Shown: in pieces, positions 34,959 through 48,743 of the stretch
Layout of the letters: every line of letters begins with the position of its first letter
How positions within the stretch are numbered: position 1 is the stretch's first letter
Assembly (NCBI GenBank): GCA_024704765.1
Contig: JAKMXF010000188.1
Location: forward strand, 186,001 to 250,000
Direction: 5' to 3'
Source of the DNA: Oopsacas minuta
Taxonomy: Eukaryota > Animalia > Porifera
Length of the DNA stretch: 64,000 nt
Notes under the pieces: generated by a model
Databases searched by the model: none
What the model was told of the DNA's origin: nothing
Seen by the model: the letters and a program-made list of their open reading frames with translations, nothing else
Translations under genes and position numbers: made by a program

Positions 34959-37900
34959 CTAAAAGAGTTGTAGAGAAATGTTAGCCAATAAAATAAATAT
35001 CAGCAGCAGGACACTAACACTCTCCTTCACAGCTGCGGCTATTATCTAAAGAAGAATTAATATAAACTACACAGTAAAATTATGGAATAAAGAGAACTAA
35101 GAGAAGGATCATAATTTTATTTTACAGGTGAATCATGTCTATAGACAATAATAATAGACTGTGTATTATTAATCTCAAATGTTGTTTGTCTGTTTGTCCG
35201 TTATGAAGAAAAAGTAATGGAATATCATTTAGAATTCGAATTCTACAATTCCCAGATATCTTATAACTGCATTTATACCGATTATAAAGGAAGTACATAG
35301 TACGTCACGTAATTAATAAAACTTGAATTGAATAATATGTATTGCATCTGTTGGCTGGATGCCTAAATCTTATTATCATAGTAATGAATTGAACATCGAA
35401 ATTTCTTTGTCATGCTTATGAATACGGATATCAAAATATACCTATAGACTTCTCTCAACCGCTATTCAAAGGAAACAAGCAGATGTTGGCATTTTCCATT
35501 TCTCATATGTAAATATATTGTTGAATTATCAATAAATTACTTAATAAAGGTCCCATATTACTACAAGTCATAATTGTGTAGTATATATGATCGGTTATGA
35601 GTTGGATGAATGTTGCACTATATTACTACAGGATGTGTAAAGTGGCGTCGTTCATTGCCATGCAAACAAGGCCACACAACTTTCATTAGCTTCCTACCAT
35701 ACTAACTGTAACAAGACTTACATTTTCAGTAAACTCAGGAGGTGGTAGAGTACTGGCTATAAACAGGAATGAAACATAGTTACTCCTTTCATCAGTTCCA
35801 GAACCTGTTGATGCAGTAACGATAAATTTTATACTATTTCCATTAGTAGCATTTCCTGAAGCAGTCACCTCTAGAATAATATCTTTTGTTGCGTTTTGAT
35901 TGAGGTAGATACTAGTTTGGTTGCTGTCATAAGAGAAGGTAGAATTTATATTGTTATGTGATACATTTATGTCAAATGTTGCAGGGTCTCCAAAGTTAGA
36001 AAGCACTAGCGTTATATTGGAAGAGTTTCCAGGGTATAAACTGTTATAGCGATAGCTGCCTTCAGCTAAATAAAAAATATTTAATTACTTAAGAGAAAAT
36101 ACACAAACGGTTAGTTTGGAACTCAGCTATGCTATATTAGAATTCAATTATCGAATTCACACAGACTCGTGTGTTGTGTTAAATTAACATAATACTGGAG
36201 GGGAAAAATTCATTGGAAATATCGCATGTTCGAGATAGCTGGGTAGGAGATCAAACGATGTTCCAAGTAGTAAATAGGGGAATAAAGTAAGTGAAATAAC
36301 CGTCGATAGCGGATGTGTACTATAATTACTAATGTAAAAGATTTTTGAATGAATATCAGACAATCCAGTTTCTATGTATACAGTAGAACTCGGATAAGAC
36401 GTACCCCCTCGGGAAACAGAAATTAGTACGTCTTAACCGAGTGTACGTCTTATCCGAATATGTTTGCATTACAAATAATGATGACTGATATTTTGGGATA
36501 TAAGAAATAGTACGTCTTAACCGAGTGTACGTCTTAAGCCGAGTACGTCTTATCCGAGTTCTACTGTATGTAATTTGATGTAAAATTATGTATTAAAGTT
36601 GCCTACTAAACCTATACATAGAGTCTATACATAGAGTCTATACATAGAACCTATACATAGAACCTATACATAGAGTCTATACATAGAACCTATACATAGA
36701 ACCTATACATAGAGTCTATACATAGAACCTATACATAGAACCTATACATAGAACCTATACATAGAACCTATACATAGAACCTATACATAGAGTCTATACA
36801 TAGAACCTATACATAGAACCTATACATAGAACCTATACATAGAACCTATACATAGAACCTATACATAGAACCTATACATAGAGTCTATGCATAGAACCTA
36901 TACATAGAACCTATACATAGAACCTATACATAGAACCTATACATAGAACCTATACATAGAACCTATACATAGAACCTATACATAGAACCTATACATAGAA
37001 CCTATACATAGAACCTATACATAGAACCTATACATAGAACCTATACATAGAGTCTTCATTTTAACGCAGCTAGATATTCTAAGCGAGTCATTTAACGGGG
37101 AAAGCTTGTTAATTGATGTGCTTAACCCGCTTTTGGGGAAACTAAGTAACTTTATCTCAAGTAAAATCCATGTACAAATCTATTAAGTCACTGTCCTGTA
37201 CAGAACAAAAATAGTAAAAATCCCCGTACGGTTGACAGATATATTAGCCATACTTGCCAAGTTCCCAACTGTCACGGCTGTCCCAATTGTATGTTCAATT
37301 CCAAAGCGATTAATGTAGCGAGATGACATTGATGTCTAAATCTTAAGTGACACCAGTAACCTCTAGTTTTGTTAATCGTATGTGAGCCTCAATATTGTTA
37401 TAAAATATGACGAGAGCCCGTATTAAAACTTAACCCGGGGCATTATTTGGTAAAATACTCACCTAATCTTAGATCAATATCCGATACTTGCACACTTGTG
37501 GCACTAACACGTCTGATAGTAATCCCATTGCTATCTACTCCAGTTATTCCTACCTGAAGCATATCCGATGTAGGAATGAATTTGCTGCCATATGAATCTT
37601 CTCCTAATTTAGTTAGGTTAAATTGCTGCTGTACACTTCCGTTACTCGTAATAAGATCCATATTGATAAGTTCAATTCCTTCATATTCTCCTGAGGTTGT
37701 TATTAACAAGATTAGTGTTTCTCCTAAAAAGATAGAATAAAACACTCGAAATTAATATATCAGTACAATATATAATTATATATTAATTGCACATTTAGGA
37801 AAATCGCATAATTCCGTGTTTGCAAGACTTTTGTAAAACAAATACTACAAATACAGCAGACTCCGCTTAATAGAGTCACCGGTTAATCGGGTCACCAGGG

Positions 37901-40900
37901 CGTCGCCACGGGGAGGGGGCAATGCCCCCTGGCAAAATCTTGTCCCCCTGATAAACTCGTACCCTAGGGCATGCCCCTTAGCTCATAATGAAAAGTGAAA
38001 ACTGTCAAATTTCGGCTCGCTTCGCTCGCATCTTACCCTCATATATTATGCAATATCACCCCAATATCAGCGGGGGGATGCCCAAATATTCTCCGAGCTA
38101 CCACACCATTACCCCAAACTACGAAAAAAATACCAGCTTTCTGGGCCAATTGCAAACCAAAAGTTATTTCTTGAGATAGGTTTCGCTCCTGTACCTTACT
38201 GATTGTTTACAGGGCCCATCAACGCTCTTATAGAATTTGTTGCTCGTAGATTGAACTTGTGCTCTGACAGATTTCAAGGCTACACGAAACCACTGCCCAA
38301 TTGGATGGTTATACCCAACTAGAAATATATAGATCAGTCACTTGGCAGCCTCCTGCTGAACGCGTGAAAATACCTTGCTCCTCGTCCTGCTCCTAGGTAA
38401 AAAATCCTGGCGACGTCCCTGGGGTCAACTTGGCCAGAAACAGAATCATATTAATAGTGTTAAATTACTCCTGTTAATCGGGCCAACACCTTTATTCTGC
38501 TTAGTGGGTCAAAATGGCCTAGTCCCGATATGACCCTATTGAGCGGAGTCTACTGTAATAGTAGTAAAAATTTTCCTCAAACTATATTGCTGATTCGAAA
38601 TATTCACTGGATTTCTAACTTTACATTCTAAATAGCAATTTCAGTCTATTATTTTGGAAAAAGGCCACACTTTAGCTATTATTTCCAATTTTTCCATGGA
38701 TTTCTTATAAAACCCTAGAATAATCATGGATCGCGGCAGGTTGACGAGTATGATATAATCTCTAATACAAACACCGTTAAAACATAAATCAGGACAAAGA
38801 GTACGAATTTCAACAGTGTATGCATGTGTGTTTGAATGCATGTATATAATAATTATCTTACATATTTATCTGGATTTAGAATATATGATTAACGTCAATA
38901 AAAATATGATGGACTGGTTTTATGTAATTATTTGTTCATCTTATCCTGAAAACGGGTTTAACAGTGTTCGTACTAGAGGGGTTCTACAATATTTCGGTTA
39001 TTTGGATACATTTGACTCGCAAGACCAGCTCAGTACACAATATAAGGGATTATACATCATATGAGATTACTCATCAAACGTACGTAGTTATTACTATGAC
39101 AAGAAATGTTATTACTAGTTTGTAGTTACATATACCTGGTGTAGGTTTAGCCTCCAATATGCTAAATCCAAAATTTGATTCTAGATCAAGCTGATAAAGT
39201 TGGTATGATAGCTTCAGAGTACTCAGACCAGAAACCTGAATGCTATAAGTCCCCGAAGAATAGAATTCTAGTTCCCATAATCCATTAAGAGAAGAGTTTG
39301 AAATATTGACTGTAGCAATAAATGAAGCTGATGTATCCAGATCTACTGATATAGCAGTAGGATCCAAAGAGAGTAATTCTGTTCCTGTTTAGAGATAGAC
39401 CAAAAAAATATTATCAGTAGCAATGCAAACTACAACATACTACAAAATACAGGTGTGTCAGCTATCAGTTCATCAAAATAACCCGATTTTAACTGTATTA
39501 AAATTAAACAAAGATGGCAATATGCTAGTTAATAATTAGTTATAATTGTTCTAATTAACGAATGCTAAGAAAGGATATAACAAATTATAGGTTGACTTAC
39601 CGTCAGGAGCTCGAATAGTATTAGTTATTGACAATCCATTGAGAGTTATGCTATCATACTAATTGTGCTATCTACAGGGAACGTTAAATTACCAGAGAAT
39701 GACGTTGTACCAGAATTATGGAGAATTTGTGTGAAAGATCTATCAGAAGAAAGAAATATAATTGAAGATAGTTCTGATATACTGTCGGTGTCCACGGTAA
39801 GGACTTGTCCTCCAGAGAAAGCAGCAATATATGAGTACAAATCTGATGGAGTTGAACGTCTTCTTCTCTGTTCGTGATCTATATGATCAGATTGACCATT
39901 TTCTGACCTCTTTCTTCTGGAGCAGCCGGCTGTTAGAATGTAAGATACTGTAACACGAGTATCTGAAATTAAAGCTAGTATCTCAGTTTGCCTGTATTCA
40001 TCGCTTGCGTCTGCATCTGTAAATACAAATACAGGCGATCCTGGCTCACTAGCCAATATTGCTCGAATAGTTGCACCAACGCTCGGTTCAGGACAATCAC
40101 CACCACCACCATTAGCTGTAAGTAGAGCAATGGAATTCAAGAATTCATCAACATCAGTAGTTTGCACAATTACACCACCATCTTAAAGATATGAAATGAT
40201 AGAATATGTAAAGTAAAGCATGAGCTGTACAAGTACTACGTTCTAATGCAGTGGTCCTCAAACTTTTTCCTGGCGATTCCCCCCAACAATTGTCAAATGA
40301 ATTCACGACCCTAATTTTTCACTCACAGGTAATTAAAACGTATGTGAAAAGAATAAATTCAAGGCGTATCTGTCAAAATAAGATAAACTAGTGTATTTTA
40401 CACTTTTAACTAAAAGGAGTGAAGAATAAACTTGAATCAGAACTTGTGATAATAAATTTGAGTAAACATCCAGGTGTATTTACAAAGATCAATTGTATCT
40501 CGCGACCTCCTAGAAATTGCCCCGCGAGCCCCAGTTTAGGAACACTGTCCTAATGGAAATATGAATTTGTCCAAATTCGGAAATTAGACAGTGTTTTATT
40601 ATTATACTGGTTATGGCCATAGAATGCTATGCTATGGCCTGATACTTATCCGTCGTAATTAACTGGATATTGTCACAAATTCAATTACGAAAGTAAAGAG
40701 AAATAGAAAAATACATTACAAAGAAAATATTTAAATTGTCAATTAAATTCGATACTAGATAATAAGATTACCAGTCATCTCGTACCACATGCCAACTCAA
40801 CTATATGTAAACTTGTACTGATGCTTAAATATTACCGGGGTATAATCTATTTTAGTCCTGAGCATACTGTCAAGTAGTACCTATCCGCCAAAGTAAAGGC

Positions 40901-42468
40901 CCGGCGGGGCAACTTAATCGTCCACTATGAAGTAATTTGCAAGCCTTACATCTATGTCGCATGTTAAATACACTAGACAACAATATTGTGATAAAATACC
41001 CTGTGCAACATCTAAGGCCACTTAACCAATAATCTAATGTAAATACGCTCGATAACAACTTGGATAACATGCTAAAATAGGCTGGTGTAACACAATAGTG
41101 TGAGAGAAGTTGTTAAGTCAGTAGAAGTTGACTCAAAAATTTGTAGGTTTGTACGAATTTTCGGATTCACGAATAAATAACTTAACAAAAGACAAACACA
41201 AACTTCTATGCAATTACTTGAAAAGGAGTGATCGGAACAGAGTAACAAAACATATAATGATTTACCTGGATCATTAAACGGAACAAGTATCAGATTCACT
41301 TCTGCATTTTCACCAATAGATTCCTTATATCGCAATATTTGTCTTTCAATTTGAGGAAGAGTAGCTTGTATTTCAGGAAGTTCTTCACTCATGCTGCCAG
41401 TTGTGTCTATGACATATGCAATACTAGCGATCTTATGTTTAACTAAATCTATGTTCAGGAATGATGCGAATTTAGTGTCATTATTTACTTCCTTTCTTAT
41501 TTCATTCAAAATTATTTCACTTGCACTGATTGCAAAGGTAACGGCCTGAAAATGTAGATCACCATGAGGAGAAAATTCCTCAACAATAGAGTCCTTGTTT
41601 ATACCACCAGTTGCTGGTAAATCACTCGAGCTATCAAGAAATCCACCATGGCTACACTTTCCATCAGGTTTCTCTATCACTTCGCCATCTTCATCCATTT
41701 GTCCTCCATAGAATCCACTGGTTAATTCACCAGCCTCGTTCACTTCAGCAATCATATTGTTGTTACATATGTAGTAGTACATAGCTCCGAATAATGATAG
41801 AAGGAAGTTAACTTCTCCATCTTCCACACAGTTAATACAAGTTGATTTGGCTTCAGGAACAACAATATCTGGGTTCTGATCAGTTCGCCCTAAGACAGTA
41901 TAAGGCTCAGTTTTCCCCATTTCTACCCAATTAGTGTGGCTATAGAAATCCTGAAGAGTATGCAGCATTTGTCCGGCTTGCTCCCTCGCATCTTCATACT
42001 GTTCTAACTGTACTGCGGTAATCACCATCTGCTTTAGCATTACTAATCTGTTATGCCCTGCTTGAATTTCTCAGAATCAAAGTGAGCAGCAGCATCTGTC
42101 ATTGTATCACCAGATAAATCAACTGCTTCATTACTGTCACTAATTTCTGTAATAGCCTCGATGAATCTATCTATGAGGGCATCACTAGAGGTATCATGGT
42201 AAGCTAGGATCAAATTTTCCGCTGACAACAGTTCAATCGAATTAATCCGTGATGTACTGTCTATGTCAGGATCAGGATTGGGATTTTCTACCAGTAGTTT
42301 TTCAGTAACCTGCAGTATAGCAATATTCGTGATTTGACGGTGATTAATAGAATCAGGGGTGAAATCAATTTCCAGAACAAAACCTAATAATCGGTTTGGT
42401 ATGAATCCGTATATCCGGTACATACAAAAGGACATCAAAAGTAGGCATAACAAGTGGATGTGTTGCAT
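34959..42468 (-). CDS. VWA7: VWA7-like secreted, putatively GPI-anchored protein; exons 42468-41266, 40181-39601, 39384-39136, 37723-37463, 36065-35722, 35045-34959; two 1-nt frameshifts (possible pseudogene or sequence error)
   Basis: Signal peptide, AHFDSE, LHTLQDFYSHTNWVE, CSHGG, GGINKD, MIDAS DTTGSM, VPFNDP, GGGDCPE and VFTDA. All introns are GT-AG with consistent phases (1,1,1,1,0) only if one base is added near 42053 and one near 39650. Last exon is a hydrophobic tail (SVLLLIFILLANISLQLF*). Confidence 0.75.
36381..36566. mobile_element. pogo/Tigger-type MITE, young
   Basis: Perfect 24-bp TIR CAGTAGAACTCGGATAAGACGTAC with TA TSD and internal repeats of GTACGTCTTAACCGAGT; lies in a VWA7 intron. 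Confidence 0.9.
36610..37051 (+). repeat. Minisatellite, 34 x 13-bp unit (AC/GT)CTATACATAGA
   Basis: 442 bp = 34 exact unit lengths; 28 AC-type and 6 GT-type units, with one internal substitution. Confidence 0.95.
37854..38555. mobile_element. pogo-type MITE carrying a nested CAGGG-ended element (37896-38421)
   Basis: Outer TIR CAG(C/T)AGACTCCGCT(T/C)AATAG(A/G)GTCA with TA TSD. Inner termini CAGGGCGTCGCCA / TGGCGACGTCCCTG, flanked by GGGTCA(C/A). Confidence 0.7.
40249..40547. mobile_element. hAT (Charlie-like) MITE in VWA7 intron 1
   Basis: Termini CAGTGGTCCTCAAACT / AGTTTAGGAACACTG; 8-bp TSD TTCTAATG / TCCTAATG. Confidence 0.75.
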
Positions 42469-43579
42469 TATTGCAATGATTCGTATAGATAGTCGATAAT
42501 CAGAACAAACAAATTGTTTATTGAACGTAAATAGAAGTGTATATACTAAGGAAGGATTACATCCTTTTATCAATTCGTTGATCTAACCCCATATCTGCAA
42601 AAAACTCAATTTCTTGGTTAGATCATATTACGCCTAGAATACAATATATGTTCTAGTTCTATTTGCTAATAACGTGATGACTGATGAATGTTTTACTCTT
42701 CATTTGATATCTTCAAAATTATCACCTATAACAATGTGGTCAAACAGATGCCTGAGGTCGTGAATACGTAGATCGCAATTCCCAAACTTTTACTTTCCAA
42801 ATGCTGATCATCAACTTAATAAATTGTTTAGTGCAAAATATACCTGTAATGAACTTTAAGTTTACTAGAAAATTTGACTTACTTGCTGGAAAGAATCAAT
42901 ATTTACACAGTGAGCACGAAATAGTAGAAATATGGAAATATCGTAGTACGAACAACTTTTGCTGCTAACGCTGGTCAGCTGGTGTATATTTATAGAGCCT
43001 TACGTGAAGAGATACCCTTTGCAGTGCCATAGCACCAGCCATAACAGTTATACTACTTCTTTGTTATGACTTGCTCAACGATTTAGCTCCTATTCAGTGG
43101 TGGATCCACGAAGGGATGTATCCCTTACCCACCCAGGATAAAAACGTTCTGGTTCAATTGCAAACCCTGAAGTCGGAGGTCATATTGGCGATGGAGCCAC
43201 ATCTGAAAATCCTTACAGGGTGTGACAAAATTGAAGCCCTTTCAAATTAGTAATTGTATTTTCGATTGGAAGGCGCAAATCATTAAGGAGAGTGACTATA
43301 CATAATTTGATTTTTAGTGCGCTTTCAAACTTGCTAACTGGGATGTTCAATATTTAAGTTAGTATTTATAAAATTAGGTTTCTTCTCGTATTTTGGAGTT
43401 CGATGCGGAATATGTGAAAGATCCCTTAACAAATTTTCTTCAATCCTCAGGAAAAGTAGATTCACCTTCAAGTAAACGTCTATTTCATCACGAATCAGGT
43501 AAAGCTATACTTTAACATTTTAGGCGTACGCATTCCATTCGCTAATAAATTGCTTATGTACTGTTTTGTTTTATAGAAA

Positions 43580-44060
43580 TATTGCAGTAGAGAATAATCA
43601 CGAGTCAAACAGGAAAAAAGCTCGCCTGGAAACAGTGAAAAACAGAGAGGATGCAACCAAGTTTAAGAAACTACATGGGAGAAAGTAGTAATGTTTGAAG
43701 TAGGGGATGTAGTGACTCTACGAATTCCGAAAAAAGATAGAACAACATATGAACAAAAAAGGTTGCCTGCTATGATATACAATTCGTGTGGAAACCTATA
43801 CAGTGTGGCCACAGAAATGGGAATATTGAAATGCAAATAGGTCTGGAGATTTAGCTCATCATCATTTCTCATTTGCTATTAACACAGAAGAAACCATTAC
43901 CCTTCGAGCAGCTGCTAGAATACTCAATGCAACGAGCAAGTATATTAGGAAGAAATGCACATGTATCGGACTCTGTTGTTCGAGGAAGTGTCCATGTTTC
44001 AAGGGAACCAAAAATGTTCTAATGACTGCATCCTTCCCATACTTGCAATAACGGCGAACA
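43580..44060 (+). pseudogene. Degenerate Ginger2/KRBA2-like transposase C-terminus
   Basis: Across frameshifts: FEVGDVVTLRIPKKDR...LPA...LYSVATEMGIL...ITLRAAAR...KCTCIGLCCSRKCPCFK (SH3-like segment plus CXC domain). Confidence 0.6.
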
Positions 44061-44959
44061 AAGCACTTCTCTACTTCCAGCACCAGTATCAAACTCGTCT
44101 TCACTACTAGATTCAACCTGATCAAAAGATATAGAATCATCAGTCCTACAATCCAAGAAAGTGGTAAGGCAACATCAAATAGAGTAGAGCATTATGCGCT
44201 CCTGATTTTATGGAGCGCGCTCTAGCTCCGCGGTCCCGACCTGATAAAGGAGCTGCACTCCCACCTCTGCTCCTTACTCAGAAAAGGAGCGTAATTCGGC
44301 TCCTGCTCTAGGGAAATGGAGCCCGCTCCAATCGTGCTTCTTTTCATTCTTTCAGATTTACATTAGATTTGTATTATAAGTAATCAGGATTGAATTTAAC
44401 CAATGTACATTCGGAAATTGCTAAATGTGCAACATCAATCCATTTCAATAAATTATGAATTATACCAAAGTGTCCCAACATCCGCTTTTTATAGCAAGAA
44501 TAGTGAATTTTATACAGAATACGCATACTTGCCAACCATCTAGGGATCCCTTGATTATCCCGGGATCTGACCTATGAACCAGGGGAAAAACTTACTAATT
44601 CCAGGGAAAATATTGGATGTTTTCTCATAAGAGAGGGTAAAAATCGTATTATTTTCATAGAAAATTTTAAATGTAGGGAAATTTCGAAATCTAAGGAATT
44701 CGAGAAATAACAAGGGAAACAGTTACAAGGGGTCGGTAAGTATGAAACGATGAAATTGTTTGCAATTACATAGATGCGCGCTCCAGTGTGTACACTCCTT
44801 CAAAAATGGGCCGCGCAGTACAGATTGATGGAGCCTGGCTAAATAATATTGATATATAAACCACTAGTCGTTTGGTCAAAGACATGGCTCCTCATGTTAA
44901 AGGTTTAATAATGGCAATATTTGTGTGTTCAAATAATTCCTTGCCAGGTCTTGTATCTG

Positions 44960-45420
44960 AATTTGGTGTCAATGGCAACCTTGACCACATCGGTTGCAAC
45001 ACAAATATCGTTAATATTTACGACAGTATGCATCGTTTGCCTTCTAATTTAACCAAGAAAACAATTGCAAATTATATTACTTGCCCCCAGAAGAATATCA
45101 AGATGAATGTGATGCATTAAACACAGACCGATTGAAGTAGTTGTGGTTTATAACTTTATACGCTATAGCTTTTGAGGTATCACTCGAAACTGGTCAAGAC
45201 TCGGTAAATATAAAGTACGATTTCATTCAACTAAGGAGCCATTTGGCTAGCTGCTTCGAATCTAACATCATGCTGACATTTCCATCGACCTGTGTATCAG
45301 AGGCGGAGAATCATGAAAACTTTCAATGTTAGGTTCACTGCACTTACAGGCTCCCAGATAATGGATCTCATGTTCTCTTGTGACCAGTGCAGTGGGAGGT
45401 TCCATTTAACTTGCCTTGGA
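44960..45420 (+). pseudogene. Degenerate Ulp1-like (C48) protease + PHD finger module typical of transposon accessory ORFs
   Basis: GNLDH...IYDS...QTD*SSCGL...AIAFEVSL..GQD...LRSHLASCFE...FP, then HCTYRLP...CDQCSGRFHLTC, with stops and frameshifts. Confidence 0.55.
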
Positions 45421-45565
45421 ACACAGTTTACCCATAAATGCAAGCGGATATGTCCATTTGGTCATTGCTAGTCCTCATTATATTCTTCATTAGTCTTCAT
45501 TTAGGTCCTACATTAGTTTAGCATAATGATACAGTCTTTTAGTGTATTGTACATAGTGTCTACGT

Positions 45566-46511
45566 CAGTGGTTCTCAAACTGGGGTCCGCGGAACGGTTA
45601 TAGAAAGTGATTTACGAAAAACTTTTTTAGAGCGTTAAATGCAACAATCATACTATGTTGAGAATAGGTAGAACTTCAATTGATATTTTTTAAATAGATT
45701 GTACCTTTGCTAATGGGAGAGCTACATTTGTCCGAATTTTGAAGTATGCATTGCCTGACAGAAGTAAGCATTGTTATTCATATGATATTTTGTCGCTAAT
45801 AATTGATGTGTGACATATACTCAGGGTGTCTTCAGTATACCAGAAATATGTTGATTCAGTATTTCAACTCACATTGCTCTCAGGATGGACTATTTCTCGT
45901 TAATTGATTATTCCTGTTGAAAATTGGGATTTTTTCGCATTTTTCCTGGGGAATTGACTTCCCGTCTCAATGTTGTAAATATCGCCCTGATTAAGGAGAT
46001 TTTCATCACTACATATCACAGGATAGGATTTACTGTTATTAGGTTCTAGTATTCTTGTTGTACAAGTTTTGGCTTACATTCTCACTTAATACTGAGCCAA
46101 AGTTTTTACCTGCTACTAGTTTGTTCCTGTTTCCTCCATTCAGGCCTTACTTTAGTCGGAATACATACTTCAGTCGGCCTAATGTAGACTATAAAATTCG
46201 GACAATTGCTTGCGTCCCTTTCTAATATCGATTATTATTTTAGTTATTAATTTGGTATCGTTGAAAAAGAAATTTATGACTAAACGAAAGCGAGGACAAT
46301 TGGATACTTACCTAACTAAGAGTAATAGACTCTATGCAGATTGTCAAGACAATTCGGGTTCGGATGAAGATGAGTTTATTGATAACACTCATATAATACA
46401 ATAATAATAATAACAAATAATATTTACTAAAATTCTACCAAAATGCAGGGGTCCGTGCAATTGTGATGAAGAAATTCGGGGCCGCGACATAGAAAAGTTT
46501 GAGAAGCACTG
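45566..46511. mobile_element. Non-autonomous hAT (Charlie-like) element
   Basis: Termini CAGTGGTTCTCAAACT / AGTTTGAGAAGCACTG; 8-bp TSD GTCTACGT / GCCTACGT; no transposase ORF inside. Confidence 0.75.
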
Positions 46512-47443
46512 GCCTACGTAATACAATTGTGAACCAATAGTTCAGTTAAAATTATAGGAATATCTATGCTTCTTATATTAATTATGAATATAGCGATGAT
46601 GTATTGCTGATCATCGCTTGAAGTGAATACTCCTCCCGATCATCTGTAAATTTTACCGATGATATTTAATTATATGCAATGTTTATTATCCTAGTAATCC
46701 TACAGAAGTTTGAATACAAAATATGATTTGGGAAGGTTAGTCGGATCAGGATTGAATCTATTTCATTTTCTTAGCCGTATAGAAAATTCATCAGGACTAT
46801 TTTTTCAATTTGAGAAGGAGGACCCTTACTAAGAGGAATTTTGTGATTCTGTATAATAATTTCTTGATTGGATGGCATAGTACGAGGAGGTTACTAAGTC
46901 AGTTTTGTTGTATGTATAGAAGTCTTGATATTTCCAATAATTCTGTTCTCGCTTGTTCAGTATTTTCCACGGTTAGAGAAACTATTCTAGCGATATTCTT
47001 GAAATCATTAGTAAAAAGTGTATATCTTTCGTCTAGTCTGTGAAAATGTGAAACGTTGGGTTCAGGTTCCCGTCGATTAGTAGTTATTGGCTCATTTACT
47101 AAAACTCAGTTCTATATACAATAATCTATATTATTAAATCTCAATTGTTTTTCTGTTTGTTTGTCCGTTGTCAAGGAAAGGATTTACGGTATGCAATTCT
47201 GAAATTGTCGTACAACTATGTATTTATCGTGTTTATCAAGGAAGTAAATAGAATTCAATAAAACGTCACTAAATATATCAAACATGCGGAATACGATTTC
47301 ACACTTTTGGATTAATCATATCTAAATTTACTGTTGTTTTTATGAATATAAAGTAAACAAAGTATCCAAATCTCAATATGTACGTACAGGCTTGCTCTAC
47401 ACGACTACAAAGGAGGTTGATCTTACAAAAGAATTCAATAATA

Positions 47444-47691
47444 CACTGCCTGGCCAAAAGTATTGGAACACCCTGCCATAATTAATACCTGAAACAAAGG
47501 GTATGCTACCATAGTTGTATAAGCTAAAGATGATTACAAAAAATGTTGAACTTAAATATATCGTAAAACGAATGATAACAAGCTATTGTTCTACTTTCTG
47601 CAATATCCATAGAATCTTTCAACATATTCTCATCTAATGCCACTTGTGCACAAGTTGTAAACAGTGTTCCAATACTTTTGGCCAGGCAGTG
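47444..47691. mobile_element. Tc1-type MITE, young
   Basis: Perfect 27-bp TIR CACTGCCTGGCCAAAAGTATTGGAACA with TA TSD. Confidence 0.92.
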
Positions 47692-48743
47692 TATATATGT
47701 CATATAAGTATATTTGTGAATCACATTGTTCTATATATCTATATTATAATACTCAAAGGGGCCGTCAATTTGGAGTATAATTGATACCTTTGTTCGCGAG
47801 CGACGAGCCAAAGGCTCGTTCTTACTAAATTGCTCTTTTTCTCTCACCTTTAACTAACCATATATTGGATATGATATAATCAGTATTTTGTTATGTTCTT
47901 ACGTAGATATAAACGTAAAATATGCAGGCATGGTAATTTCCCCAACAAGTGGGGAAAAGGCATGTGCATGATGAGAGTGAAACGTGTCTAAGGTTTCGGA
48001 ATTACTAGTTATCTCAGAGGGTAAAGAGAGATCACTCGAAACAAGAGCCTCTGAATCTTGAAGACCCGAATCTAAAGGGGATTCAATGTGTTCTTAGTCA
48101 ATTCCGGTTGACAAGAGAACATTTCGCAGCAATACGCACTTTTCTCATCACCTAATAGCTCTTCTACAGTATACTACATGCAGAGTGATATTTATGATTT
48201 AACAAATCATAAATATCATTTTCTTTGATATACTGTGGAGCCTCCCAACAACGAACATATTGAGGATTAGATTTTGTCCTTTGTAGGCATGATGTCCGCT
48301 TCTCAGAGATTAATTAAGTATTATTTACATGTATTATTAACTTATTTCGTTGTACGAGCTTGTCCGTTGTAGAGGTGATGTCCGATTTTTAGAGTGTCCG
48401 TTTTAGGAGACTCCACTACTGTATTGTTTTCTATTGGATGTTGACCAAAACCTCTAGAAAATTTTTTATGATCAAGTCGGCTTGTTTTACCTTCTCTCTC
48501 AGAAACCCTGGCGATATTCTTCTAATTTCCGCGCAAAATCCGTTAGGAGTGTATGTGAGTTAAGAAAATGCTTAATAGCTGCATGAATTGACTCGGATCG
48601 AAATGCATCCCTATTGTCAAATATTTCCATGTCCACCTTAAAATCCACTGTGTTTTTCGTTCATACAAACTCTGCAACCATTTCATTGCAGAGTCTACTG
48701 TTTTTGTCAGTGCTGTGCTCAATAGACTCAAGTAGTGTGAATA

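Noticed and set aside
36610-37051. Tandem arrays (also 59989-60734) as CRISPR or telomeric repeats
   Set aside because: No unique spacers, no cas genes, eukaryotic context, interstitial and intronic position, and units unlike TTAGGG-type repeats.
41072-41265. Hydrophobic C-terminal tails of ORFs 41072, 39074, 37443, 35686 and 26153
   Set aside because: Each follows a clear GT donor; these are intron read-through, not protein.
45640-46400. Captured host gene inside the hAT element
   Set aside because: Only short (under about 65 codons) open stretches with no recognisable motif; cannot be supported.
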